DNA of 64,000 nt from an uncultured Actinomycetota bacterium (GTDB taxonomy: Bacteria; Actinomycetota; Actinomycetes; Propionibacteriales; Nocardioidaceae): contig CAVWTJ010000002.1 of the NCBI GenBank assembly GCA_963757695.1, forward strand, positions 409,461 through 473,460, in the 5' to 3' direction. Below the pieces are notes generated by a model that did no database searches, was not told the DNA's origin, and saw only the letters and a program-made list of their open reading frames with translations. Position numbers and translations under genes: made by a program. Of this stretch, positions 1-9,638 are shown piece after piece (position 1 is the first letter of the stretch; each line of letters starts with the position of its first letter).

Positions 1-553
1 AAGGTGGTGGCGATGCCGAGCTCGCGTCGCGGTGCGGCGGCGTGCCGCATCGCCGGGTGGAAGGCCGCGGAGAAGCAGAACGTGATCCCGGCCTCGGCGG
101 CCACCGCGGCGACGCCGCTCGGGCGGCAGGTCGAGGCGGATGCCGAGAGCCTCGAGCACGTCGGCGCTGCCCGACGTCGAGGAGGCCGACCGGTTGCCGT
201 GCTTGACGACCCGTACGCCGGCACCGGCCGCGACGATCGCGGCCATCGTGGAGATGTTGACCGACATCGATCGGTCTCCGCCGGTGCCGACGACGTCCAG
301 CAGGCGGCCCTCGCACCGAGATCGGGTTGCGCCGTGCGTACATCGCGTCGGCGAGGCCGGTGACCTCCTCGATCGTCTCCCCCTTGGCGCGCAGCGCCAC
401 GGCGAAGCCGGCGATCTGGGCTGGGCTGGCCTCGCCGGCCAGGATCTCGCCCATCGCCCACGCGGTCTGGGCGCTGCTCAGGTCGGAGCCCTCGACGAGC
501 GCGCCGAGGACGTCTGGCCAGGTGCTCGCGGCCGCCGGCGGCGTAGGTCCCAT
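1..553 (-). CDS. trpD: Anthranilate phosphoribosyltransferase (5' part; runs off window start; frameshifted)
   Basis: Manual minus-strand translation: [16 protein letters not shown]...[29 protein letters not shown]...[23 protein letters not shown]...[25 protein letters not shown]. Confidence 0.92.
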   Translation of the reverse strand, partial: MGPTPPAAASTWPDVLGALVEGSDLSSAQTAWAMGEILAGEASPAQIAGFAVALRAKGETIEEVTGLADAMYARRNPISVRGPPAGRRRHRRRPIDVGQHLHDGRDRRGRCRRTGRQARQPVGLLDVGQRRRARGSRHPPRPAARAASPRWPPRPGSRSASPRPSTRRCGTPPHRDASSASPPP

Positions 554-555
554 CG

Positions 556-979
556 TCAGGAGGTCGCGGGCACGCGCGAGCGCAGCAGCCCGATCACCGA
601 CTCGGCGAGCTGGATCGGGTCGATCGGGTGCGGTACGGCGGCGTCGGCGCGCGACCAGGTCGCGAGCCAGGCGTCCTGCGGGCGCCCGATGAGCACCAGC
701 AGCGGCGGGCAGCGGAAGATCTCGTCCTTCATCTGCTTGGCGATGCCCATGCCCACCGGCCGGCACGGCCTCGCCGTCGAGGATCGCGAGGTCGATCGTG
801 CCGGAGTCCATGTTCTGGATCACGACCGGCTCGGTGGCGACCTCGACGTAGTGGACCTCGGGCAGGTCCGGGTGCGGCCGACGGCCGAGCGCGAGGATCA
901 CCTGCTGGCGCACGTGGGCGTCGTCGCTGTAGACGAGGATCTTGAGGCGGGACTCACGGGCGGTGGCGGCGTCGGTCAC
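556..979 (-). CDS. Stand-alone response-regulator receiver-like protein (Rv3143-like); one frameshift near 757
   Basis: [19 protein letters not shown]...[15 protein letters not shown] joined to ORF 556..756 [16 protein letters not shown]...[14 protein letters not shown]; TAGCAT -10 just upstream of GTG. Confidence 0.75.
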
Positions 980-1068
980 ATGCCGCATGCTACCGACCGG
1001 CAAGCAGACGCCTCGCTCGGGCGCACCGCAGCCGGACGGATCGCCGGACCCGGCCCGCGGTCGCGAGC

Positions 1069-2093
1069 TCAGGGCGTCGGGCTCGCTGCTCCCCGGGGAA
1101 CCACCGGGGACATCACCCGGGCACCACCGGACACACCGGACGAGCCGTCGGCGGCATCGTCCCGCGCGGCGGCACGCTCGCGCGCCTCCAGGAGGTCCAG
1201 GCGCCGGTCCTCGCGCTGGGCCTCCTTCATCGACGAGCGCACCCACTGGGTGAAGAGCACGCCGAAGAACACCAGCCCCACGACGTCACCGGCGCCCCAG
1301 AGGATGCCGCCGGCGAGGTTCTGGTCGGCGTAGGGGTCGGGCAGCCACGCTCCCATCGGTCCCTCGGCGCAGCGTCGGGTACCAGTCGCCGCCGATCAGG
1401 CGCGTCTGACCCATGATCGTGACGCCCAGGAACGCGTGGAAGGGCAGCGTCAGTACCGTCAGCAGCACCCGGACGGGGTAGCCGACCCGCCCGGGGATCG
1501 GGTCGATGCCCATCAGCGGCCAGAAGAAGAGCGCCCCGACCAGCACCAGGTGCACGTGCATCATCTCGTGCACGTACGTCGACTCGAGCGAGGCGCGGTA
1601 CCAGCCGGAGAAGTACAGCGCCCACGGCGAGACGACGTACAGCGTGAAGGTCAGCGGCGGGAACGACAGCACCCGCGCGAAGCGCGAGTGCACGAGGGCG
1701 AGCAGGATCCGGCCGCGGTCCGGGCGGCAGCGTCCGCAGCGCCAGCGTCACCGGCGCCCCCAGGGCCAGCGCCAGCGGCACCAGCATCATCAAGATCATG
1801 TGCTGGACCATGTGCACGCTCAGCAGCGTCGTGTCGTACGTCGCCAGCCCGGACGAGGTCGCGACGTAGAACGAGCCCAGGCCGAGCCCCACGAAGGACA
1901 GCGTCCGACCGACCGGCCAGGCCACCCCGCGCCGGTGCAGCGACCTGCACGCCGAGCAGGTAGAGGCCCCCCGCCCAGACCGTGCGACCAGGGGCAGCGG
2001 ATCGAAGGACCACTCGGTGAAGAAGCGTCCCGCGGTCAACCGCGGCAGCACGTCGGCGGCCGTCGGAGCCAGCAGGGACAAGGGTTCGGACAC
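1069..2093 (-). CDS. Cytochrome c oxidase assembly protein (Caa3_CtaG family), frameshifted
   Basis: Fragments: [31 protein letters not shown]; [24 protein letters not shown]; [12 protein letters not shown]; [14 protein letters not shown]. Confidence 0.85.
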
Positions 2094-2168
2094 GCCTCAG
2101 AACTGTACGGACCCACTTCACCCAGGGGGCGAGGTGCCCTCCGGCCGAGTCCACGACATAATGGTCGC

Positions 2169-2809
2169 GTGGCGACGACAGCAACGATCCCGGCTTCCCG
2201 ACTTCACGGGCATCACGACCGCCCCAGCATGGTGGCGGTCGGGACCATCATCTGGCTCTCCAGCGAGCTGATGTTCTTCGCGGCGCTCTTCGCGTCCTAC
2301 TTCACGATCCGCTCGGTGAGCCCGCGAGCTGTGGGGCCAGAACACCGAGCTCCTCAACGTGCCCTTCGCCTCGCTCAACACCACGATCCTGGTGCTGTCG
2401 TCGCTGACGTGCCAGCTCGGCGTGTTCGCGGCCGAGCGCGGCCAGGTCGGGCGCACGGGCTCGGTGCTCGACTTCCGCGGGCTGGGGGCTGCGCGAGTGG
2501 TTCATCCTCACCTACATCATGGGCGCCGTCTTCATCGGCGGCCAGGCGCTCGAGTACGCCGCGCTGATCCAGGAGGGCGTCACGATCCCCTCCTCGGCCT
2601 ACGGCACGATGTTCTACCTGACCACCGGGTTCCACGGCCTGCACGTCACGGGCGGGCTGATCGCCTTCCTGCTCGTGCTCGGCCGCACCTACATCGCCCG
2701 CAAGTTCACCCACGAGCAGGCGGTCAGCGCGATCGTCGTGTCCTACTACTGGCACTTCGTCGACGTCGTGTGGATCGGGCTCTTCGCCACGATCTACCTG
2801 ATCAAGTAG
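2169..2809 (+). CDS. ctaE: Cytochrome c oxidase subunit III, frameshifted
   Basis: [23 protein letters not shown]; [18 protein letters not shown]; [19 protein letters not shown]; CATAAT -10 six nt before GTG. Confidence 0.95.
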
Positions 2810-2859
2810 TCCGCTCCGGTCCTCCACACCTCGCTTCACCGACCACTAGGGATGAGATA

Positions 2860-3768
2860 GTGCGTTTCCTGAACCGCTCCGCCGGTCGACTCTCCCGGCA
2901 CCGCCGGGGCCCCCTCGCCGGCCTGGTGGTCCTGCTCCTGGGACTGCTCCTCACCGGGGGCCTCTACTCGGCGTTCTCGCCGGGCGCCCAGGCCGAGGAG
3001 ACCTCCACGACGTCCGCCGAGGACATCAAGGCCGGGACGCGAGCTCTTCCTCGTCGGCTGCTCGTTCTGCCACGGCCAGAACGGCGAGGGCGTCCTCACC
3101 GACGACGGCACCCAGTACGGCCCCGCCCTGACCGACGTCGGCGCCGCCTCGGTCGACTTCCAGGTCGGCACCGGCCGGATGCCGATGGCCCAGCCGGGCC
3201 AGCAGGCCGTCCGCAAGCCGCCCGTCTACACCGACGAGGAGATCCGCCTGCTCGCGCGCGTACGTCGACTCCCTCGGCACCGGCCCGGCCATCCCCGACC
3301 GCGATGGACTACTCGCTGCCCGAGACCAACGAGGACGGCACGGCCTTCGACAAGGAGGCCGCGATCTCCCGCGGTGGCCAGATCTTCCTGACCAACTGCA
3401 CCGCCTGCCACAACTTCGACGGCCAGGGTGGCGCGATGCCGCGCGGTGGGTACGCCCCCACCCTGCGCGGCGTCGAGCTCCAAGCACATCTACGAGGCGC
3501 TCCTGACCGGCCCGCAGTCGATGCCGTCGTTCTCCAACGGCAGCCTGACGCCCGACGAGAAGCGCGACGTCATCGCCTACCTCATGGACACCAGCGAGAC
3601 GCCCGGCTACGGCGGGTTCGGCCTCGGCAGCCTCGGCCCGGTGAGCGAGGGCCTCTTCGCCTGGCTCGTCGGCATCGGTGGGCTGGTCGGCTTCGCGATC
3701 TGGATCGCCGCCCACACCACCCGCAGCACCAAGCCGAAGCCCGAGCACGCCCGGCCTCACCCCCGTGA
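2860..3768 (+). CDS. qcrC: Cytochrome bc1 complex diheme cytochrome c subunit, frameshifted; end approximate
   Basis: Two CxxCH motifs (CSFCH near 3058, CTACH near 3397); [10 protein letters not shown]; [15 protein letters not shown]; lies between ctaE and qcrA. Confidence 0.92.
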   Translation: MRFLNRSAGRLSRHRRGPLAGLVVLLLGLLLTGGLYSAFSPGAQAEETSTTSAEDIKAGTRALPRRLLVLPRPERRGRPHRRRHPVRPRPDRRRRRLGRLPGRHRPDADGPAGPAGRPQAARLHRRGDPPARARTSTPSAPARPSPTAMDYSLPETNEDGTAFDKEAAISRGGQIFLTNCTACHNFDGQGGAMPRGGYAPTLRGVELQAHLRGAPDRPAVDAVVLQRQPDARREARRHRLPHGHQRDARLRRVRPRQPRPGERGPLRLARRHRWAGRLRDLDRRPHHPQHQAEARARPASPP

Positions 3769-3787
3769 CCCAGCAGGGAGACTCCGC

Positions 3788-4842
3788 GTGAGCGACCACG
3801 ACGACCACCCACCAACGTCCCTGCGAAGGTCCACGACCCGATCGCCGGACCCCGGCCTCGCCCGCCCACACCTGGCGCCCGACCGACGTCGACGAGGGTC
3901 TCGCCAAGCGCGCCGAGCGCCAGGTCGCGATGCTCTTCGGCGCCTCGGCCGTCTTCACCGTGCTGTTCTTCGTCTCCTACTTCGTCTTCAAGATCGGCGA
4001 CAACTGGAACGTCGGCGCCGGCCTCGGCCTCTCCAACCTCGACGCTCGGCCTCAGCCTGGGCCTGGCGCTGCTGTGCATCGGCATCGGCATCATCCAGTG
4101 GGCCCGCAAGCTGATGTCGGACCACGAGATCGTCGAGATGCGTCACCCGGCCCGCTCCTCCGACGAGGACCGCGCGGCGACGCTCGACGCGCTCGACGAC
4201 GGACTCGAGGACTCCGGCATCGGCCGGCGTCCGCTGATCCGCAACTCCCTCTTCGGGGCCATCGGCGTCCTGCTGCTCGCTCCCATCGTCATGCTGCGCG
4301 ACCTCGGCCCGACCCCCAGCCAGGTGGAGGACGCCGAGGAGGGCAAGGGCCTCGAGCACACCATCTGGAAGGAGAACGTCCGCGTCGTGCGCGACGTGGT
4401 CGGTACGCCGATCCGCCCCGGGGACCTCTCCATCGGCGACCTGGTCAACGCGGTGCCCGACGGCATCTTCGCCCTCGAGGGCGTCGAGCTGCAGGTGGCC
4501 AAGGCGAAGTCCGCGGTCATCGTGGTGAAGATGGAGCCGGACGAGATCAAGGCCGGCCGCGGACCGCGAGAACTGGAGCCTCGAGGGCGTCATCTGCTAC
4601 TCGAAGATCTGCACCCACGTCGGCTGCCCGATCTCCCTCTACGAGCGCACCACGCACCACGTGCTGTGCCCGTGCCACCAGTCTACTTTTCGATCTCGCC
4701 GACTCGCGCTAAGGTGATCTTCGGGCCGGCAGCACGGCCTCTGCCACAGCTGCCGCTGGCACTGGACAGCGAGGGCTTCCTCGTCGCCCAGAGCGACTTC
4801 ACTGAACCCGTGGGCCCGAGCTACTGGGAGCGTGTGGAATGA
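3788..4842 (+). CDS. qcrA: Cytochrome bc1 Rieske iron-sulfur subunit, frameshifted
   Basis: CYSKICTHVGCP and LCPCHQS Rieske motifs (4594-4683); FGPAARPLPQL...DFTEPVGPSYWER. Confidence 0.93.
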
Positions 4843-6590
4843 GCATCGACACCACGAAGGTCGCCGACAGCAACGTCACGACCGCTGCCACGCCGAAGAA
4901 GCCGGCCAAGGGCGGTGCCGTCGCCAACTGGGCCGACGAGCGCCTCGGCCTCGGCGGGCTGATGAAGAAGAACCTGCGCAAGGTCTTCCCCGACCACTGG
5001 TCGTTCATGCTCGGCGAGATCGCCCTGTGGAGCTTCGTGATCCTGCTGCTCAGCGGTGTCTTCCTGACCTTGTGGTTCACCCCGAGCATGGGCGAGGTCG
5101 AGTACAACGGCTCCTACGACCCGATGCGCGGCGTCGTCATGTCCGAGGCGTACCGCTCCAGCCTGACGTTGTCCTTCGACATCCGCGGCGGCCTGCTCAT
5201 GCGGCAGATGCACCACTGGGCGGCGATGATCTTCATCGCCTCGATGATGATCCACATGCTCCGCGTGTTCTTCACCGGCGCCTTCCGCAAGCCGCGCGAG
5301 CTGAACTGGGTCATCGGCTGCCTCCTGCTCCTGCTGGGCACCCTGGAGGGCTTCACCGGCTACTCCCTGCCCGACGACCTGCTCTCCGGCACCGGCGTCC
5401 GCGCCGCGGACGGCTTCCTGAAGGCCACCCCGGTGGTCGGCTCGTACATGTCGTTCTTCCTCTTCGGCGGCGAGTTCCCCGGCGAGCAGATCATCCCCCG
5501 CCTCTACACCGTCCACGTGCTGCTGATCCCCGGGCTGCTCCTGGGCCTGATCGCGGCGCACATGCTGCTGCTCGTCTACCACAAGCACACCCAGTGGGCC
5601 GGGCCCGGCCGCACCGAGGAGAACGTCGTCGGTTTCCCGATGCTCCCGGTCTACGCCGCCAAGGCCGGCGGGTTCTTCTTCATCACGTTCGGCGTCTCCG
5701 CGGTCATGGGTGGCCTGCTCACGATCAACCCGGTGTGGAAGTTCGGGCCCTACGACCCGACCAAGGTCACCGCCGGCTCCCAGCCCGACTGGTACATGGG
5801 CTGGCCCGACGGGCTGCTCCGGATCATGCCCGGCTGGGAGTCCTACATCTTCGGGCACCCGATCTCGTGGAACATCATGATCCCGATCCTGATCGTGCCC
5901 CCGTTGATGCTGACGATCCTGATCCTGCTGCCGTTCATCGACGCCTGGATCACCGGTGACAAGCGCGAGCACCACCTGCTGGAGCGCCCGCGCAACGCGC
6001 CGACCCGGACCGCGATCATGGTCTCCCTGATGACCTTCTACGGTCTGGCCTGGGCGGCCGGTGGCAACGACATCATCGCCATCAAGCTGCACCTGAGCAT
6101 CAACCAGATCACCTACTTCATGCGTGCCGCGATCTTCATCGGGCCTGCGATCGCCTTCTTCCTGACGCGCCGCTGGTGCATCTCGCTCCAGCGCCACGAC
6201 GAGCAGAAGCTGCTCCACGGCTACGAGACGGGCATCATCATGCGCTCGCCCGAGGGCGGCTACAGCGAGCGGCACCTGCCGATCAGCGAGTCCGAGGCCT
6301 ATCGCCTCACGGCTCGGGACCGCGACCAGGTCTACACCCACACCCAGGAGATCGACGCCAACGGCGTGGCCGCCCCGGGCGGCCGCCTCAACGGCATCCG
6401 CGGCAAGCTCTCGACGCTCATGTACGCCGACAACGTGCAGAAGCCGACGGCGGCCGAGCTCGAGGAGGCCCACCACCACGCCGAGCACGAGCACGCGCTC
6501 ACCTCCGCGATGGACGGTCACTCCGCCGACGGCCACCAGTTCGACGGACACCACTCGGTCGATGCGGAGCACCTGCGTAGCGACCACTGA
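4839..6590 (+). CDS. qcrB: Cytochrome bc1 cytochrome b subunit
   Basis: Intact 583 aa ORF: KVFPDHWSFMLGEIAL, RQMHHWAA, GYSLPDDLLSG, QPDWY. Confidence 0.97.
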   Translation: MSIDTTKVADSNVTTAATPKKPAKGGAVANWADERLGLGGLMKKNLRKVFPDHWSFMLGEIALWSFVILLLSGVFLTLWFTPSMGEVEYNGSYDPMRGVVMSEAYRSSLTLSFDIRGGLLMRQMHHWAAMIFIASMMIHMLRVFFTGAFRKPRELNWVIGCLLLLLGTLEGFTGYSLPDDLLSGTGVRAADGFLKATPVVGSYMSFFLFGGEFPGEQIIPRLYTVHVLLIPGLLLGLIAAHMLLLVYHKHTQWAGPGRTEENVVGFPMLPVYAAKAGGFFFITFGVSAVMGGLLTINPVWKFGPYDPTKVTAGSQPDWYMGWPDGLLRIMPGWESYIFGHPISWNIMIPILIVPPLMLTILILLPFIDAWITGDKREHHLLERPRNAPTRTAIMVSLMTFYGLAWAAGGNDIIAIKLHLSINQITYFMRAAIFIGPAIAFFLTRRWCISLQRHDEQKLLHGYETGIIMRSPEGGYSERHLPISESEAYRLTARDRDQVYTHTQEIDANGVAAPGGRLNGIRGKLSTLMYADNVQKPTAAELEEAHHHAEHEHALTSAMDGHSADGHQFDGHHSVDAEHLRSDH

Positions 6591-6607
6591 GCAACCCGCA
6601 CGATCAC

Positions 6608-6663
6608 CGAGCCCGAAGGCTCGCCCCCTCCCCCGGGGTCGACCTTCGGGCTCGCTGGTTTTT
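6608..6663 (+). terminator. Rho-independent terminator of ctaE-qcrCAB
   Basis: CGAGCCCGAAGG (6608-6619) pairs with CCTTCGGGCTCG (6643-6654), followed by a T-run. Confidence 0.8.
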
Positions 6664-6736
6664 CCGCTGACCCGTCACTTCTCCGCTGACCCGTCACTTC
6701 TAGAACTGACGGGTCAGCGGAGAAGTGACGGGTCGA
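6663..6736. repeat. Palindromic REP-like element, left copy: two tandem 19-mers TCCGCTGACCCGTCACTTC plus inverted copies
   Basis: 19-mers at 6663-6681 and 6682-6700, TA centre, inverted copies at 6703-6721 (1 mismatch) and 6722-6734 (partial). Confidence 0.9.
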
Positions 6737-6741
6737 TGCAG

Positions 6742-7689
6742 TCACGGACGGCCAGGACCCCGGAGATGCCGCTTCCAGGCCTCACGGAGCAGGGCCTCGA
6801 CGTTGCGGTGGCGCCCGATGACGTTCTCCGCGGTCAGGACGACGATCGTCCAGTCCTCCGTACGGCGCATCCACTCCCGGCGCTCCCAGTCGTGCTGGCG
6901 CTGCTTCGCGCCGTGGAACTCCACGCCGTCGTACTCGGCGCCGAACTTCTTCCGGGGAAGGCCGATGTCGATGAAGTAGCTGCCGACCGGGGCCGGGACC
7001 TCCACCTGGCACTCCGGGCGCGGCAAGCCGGCCCCCAGCCAGCCCCAGCGCGACACCCCCTCCATGAGCGACCCCGAGCGAGGATCGACGTACGGCGCCA
7101 CGACACGCGCCGAGACGATGCCCCGGTATCCCTTGAACCGGTCGAGCTCCGCGACGAGACGCTGCGCGCCGAAGCCCCCACGGGCGGCGACCAGGTCCAC
7201 GGTCCCCAACGCGTACGCCGGCGGCAGGAGCCGCGACAGGTCGCACGCCGTACGCAGCAGCGTCGTCACGAGGATGCCGCCGACCTCGGTGATGTCGCTG
7301 GGGGCCAGCCCGCGTTCGCCGCTCGCACAGAGCCCGTTGCGCAGTCGACGTCCCGGCGGCGCGAAGACCGACACCGGCGGCGTCTCGAGGTGCGCCCCCG
7401 GCGGGAGGGCCATCTCCACCCCGTGCAGCCAGGCTGCGGTGCGGTCGGTCACGACACAGTCGGACGGTACGACGGCTTCGAGGGCAGCCACCCGCAGCTC
7501 CAGCGTCTGCTCGAGGTCGGCGCGGTGGTAGACCCCGCGGACCGGGCGGACCAGGAAGCCGGCGCGTAGCAACCGGGTGCGCGCATGGCTGTCGACGCCA
7601 CGTGCGTCGGCTTCGGCAGGTGTGAACGGGCGGGAGGCCGGCAGCCGCTCGAGCAGCGGCAGCAGGAGGGAGTCGTCGGAGAGGGTCAT
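6742..7689 (-). CDS. AbiEi-like N-terminal HTH plus C-terminal DUF559/Vsr-like PD-(D/E)XK nuclease domain protein
   Basis: RPFTPAEADARGV...LLRAGFLVRPVRGVY; VTTLLRTACDLSR; GLPRPECQVEV...FIDIGLPRKKFGAEYDGVEFHG...HDWERREW; intact frame; ATG at 7689 chosen over TTG at 7749. Confidence 0.8.
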   Translation of the reverse strand: MTLSDDSLLLPLLERLPASRPFTPAEADARGVDSHARTRLLRAGFLVRPVRGVYHRADLEQTLELRVAALEAVVPSDCVVTDRTAAWLHGVEMALPPGAHLETPPVSVFAPPGRRLRNGLCASGERGLAPSDITEVGGILVTTLLRTACDLSRLLPPAYALGTVDLVAARGGFGAQRLVAELDRFKGYRGIVSARVVAPYVDPRSGSLMEGVSRWGWLGAGLPRPECQVEVPAPVGSYFIDIGLPRKKFGAEYDGVEFHGAKQRQHDWERREWMRRTEDWTIVVLTAENVIGRHRNVEALLREAWKRHLRGPGRP

Positions 7690-7740
7690 GCCCTCCGTCT
7701 GCCCGCTGCCGGCCGATCCCCCACCTCCAGGTTCGTGGCC

Positions 7741-7749
7741 TGTGGACAA
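7741..7749 (-). promoter_or_regulatory. DnaA-box-like 9-mer TTGTCCACA
   Basis: Plus strand TGTGGACAA is the reverse complement of the actinobacterial DnaA box TTGTCCACA; about 50 nt upstream of the nuclease gene. Confidence 0.45.
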
Positions 7750-7753
7750 CGCA

Positions 7754-7804
7754 CTGACCCGTCTCCTCTGGAGGAGACGGGTCAGCGGAGAAGTGACGGG
7801 TCGA
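7754..7804. repeat. Palindromic REP-like element, right copy
   Basis: CTGACCCGTCTCCTC-TG-GAGGAGACGGGTCAG hairpin; GACGGGTCAGCGGAGAAGTGACGGGTCGA (7776-7804) is identical to 6708-6736. Confidence 0.9.
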
Positions 7805-7810
7805 GCAGGA

Positions 7811-9046
7811 TCAGAGAGCGGAGCCCTTCGAGTACGTCTTGAAGCTCTCGTTCCAGTCGCCGTAGCCGTTGGTGAACTCCATCGGGCGGTCGGTGCCGGT
7901 GTACTCGACGACGTCGCCGCGGCGGGTCATGGCGTAGAGCCAGCCGGCCTGGTCGGTGCTCATCCCGGTGCAGCCGTGCGAGACGTTGGCGTAGCCCTGG
8001 GACCCGACCGACCACGGGGCCGCGTGGATGAACTCGCCCGAGTAGGTCAGCCGCATCGCGTAGCGCACGTTGTCGAGGTCGTAGGCCTCGGAGCCGGTGA
8101 TGCCGACGGTCTCGGAGTTCATCCGCTTGGACTCGAACTTCTCGATGATCACCTTCGTGCCGGAGCGCGTGATGAAGCCGTCCTTCCCGGTCGTGATCGG
8201 GATCGTGCGCAGCAGCTTGCCGTTGCTCAGGACCCGCATCTGGTGGGTCTTCGCGTTGACCTTGTAGACGTGGGCGTCGCCCACCTCGAAGTCGACGACC
8301 CGGTCCTCCTGGCCGTAGATCCCGTTGCCGGCGTCGACGCCGTTGACGTCGATGGCCACGCTGACGTCGGTGCCGGCCTTCCAGTACGTCTTGGGGCGCC
8401 AGTGCGCCTCGTTGTCGTTGATCCAGTACCAGGAACCGGCCTGCTTCGGCGTCGAGGTGACGGTCATGTTCTTCTCGAACGCCGCCCGGTCGGTGACCGC
8501 GACGTCGAACGTGACGATGACCGGCATGCCCACGCCCACGGTCTCCCCGTCGAGCGGGGCGACGGACGGGTAGGTCTGCTGCGCGAGGGTCAGCGCCTCG
8601 GTCGTGAAGCGGCTCACCCGGCGGGCGCTCGTACCGTCGTTGTCGGCCACGGCCTTGACCGTGTACGTCGTGTCGGGCTCGAGCCGTTCTGCGGCGGACC
8701 AGGACGCGCCGTCCTTGCCCATGGAGCCGGCGACCTGCCCGGCGGCCGAGCTGACCTTCACCGAGGTCAGGGCACCGCCGTCGGCGCTGACCTCGACCAA
8801 GGTGGACACGGGGACGCCGGTCGCGCCCTTGCGGATGTTGGTGCTCAGGGTCGGCGCTGCCGGCGCGGCGGCCTCGCTCGGGTCGGCGGCGGCACTGCCG
8901 CCGGTCGTCGACCCACCCGTCGCGGCGTCGCCGGCACTCTTGGCGCCGGACGTGGCGTTGCCGGCGGTGCAGGCAGCCAGCGCGACGAAGGACAGGGCTA
9001 CGACCCCGGTGGTGGCCAGTCGGCGCAGCGGCAGACGGACGGACAT
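7811..9046 (-). CDS. L,D-transpeptidase lipoprotein (Ig-like plus YkuD domains)
   Basis: Lipobox LAAC; VGVGMPVIVTFD; WRPKTYW; FIHAAPWSVGSQGYANVSHGCTGMS. Confidence 0.93.
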   Translation of the reverse strand: MSVRLPLRRLATTGVVALSFVALAACTAGNATSGAKSAGDAATGGSTTGGSAAADPSEAAAPAAPTLSTNIRKGATGVPVSTLVEVSADGGALTSVKVSSAAGQVAGSMGKDGASWSAAERLEPDTTYTVKAVADNDGTSARRVSRFTTEALTLAQQTYPSVAPLDGETVGVGMPVIVTFDVAVTDRAAFEKNMTVTSTPKQAGSWYWINDNEAHWRPKTYWKAGTDVSVAIDVNGVDAGNGIYGQEDRVVDFEVGDAHVYKVNAKTHQMRVLSNGKLLRTIPITTGKDGFITRSGTKVIIEKFESKRMNSETVGITGSEAYDLDNVRYAMRLTYSGEFIHAAPWSVGSQGYANVSHGCTGMSTDQAGWLYAMTRRGDVVEYTGTDRPMEFTNGYGDWNESFKTYSKGSAL

Positions 9047-9203
9047 GAAGTTCCCCCAGAACGATCGGGTCGTCGGTACACGCGACCTCTGGCCGCTGTA
9101 TCCAGGGTAACTGCCGACTGGTGACGAAGCCGCATCCGGCGCACCCGGTGGTGTCGACCCGCCGTGCAGGGTGAGACCGGCCCAGCCGGCCCGCCCGGTG
9201 GTG

Positions 9204-9638
9204 TCAGTGAGCGTGCTCGCCGCGGTAGTACTCGAAGACGAGCCCACTCAACGCCACGGCCCCGAGGACCGCACCGATGATGAACAGCCACCAGGCGCCG
9301 GCGGCGACGCCGTAGACGATGACGGCCAGGGTCAGGCCGCACCACAGCGGCCACCACGAGTACGGCGGGAAGAAGCCGAGCTCGCCGGCACCGTCGGCGA
9401 TCTCGCCGTCCTGACGGTCCTCGGGTCGCGCGTCCATCTTCTTGGCGTGGAAGCCGAGGTAGAGCGTGATCATCAACGCGAGCAGCGTGGTCATGACCAG
9501 CGCGGACGTGCCGGTCCAGTCACCGCCGCCACCCCCGACGTTGCCGTTGCCGGCGCTGTCGGTGATCAGCCAGTACGCGGGCGTCACGAGCACCAGGAAG
9601 GCGGTCGTGATCCCGAAGACCCAGGCCTCAGCCTTCAT
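9204..9638 (-). CDS. ctaF: Cytochrome c oxidase subunit 4
   Basis: [27 protein letters not shown]; [10 protein letters not shown]. Confidence 0.93.
   Translation of the reverse strand: MKAEAWVFGITTAFLVLVTPAYWLITDSAGNGNVGGGGGDWTGTSALVMTTLLALMITLYLGFHAKKMDARPEDRQDGEIADGAGELGFFPPYSWWPLWCGLTLAVIVYGVAAGAWWLFIIGAVLGAVALSGLVFEYYRGEHAH

Noticed and set aside
6742-7689. Complete type IV toxin-antitoxin or abortive-infection system
   Set aside because: No AbiEii nucleotidyltransferase toxin is adjacent; the gene stands alone.
9144-9205. 12-bp direct repeat CCCGGTGGTGTC at 9144 and 9194
   Set aside because: Only two short GC-rich copies; cannot distinguish an operator, a terminator flank or chance.
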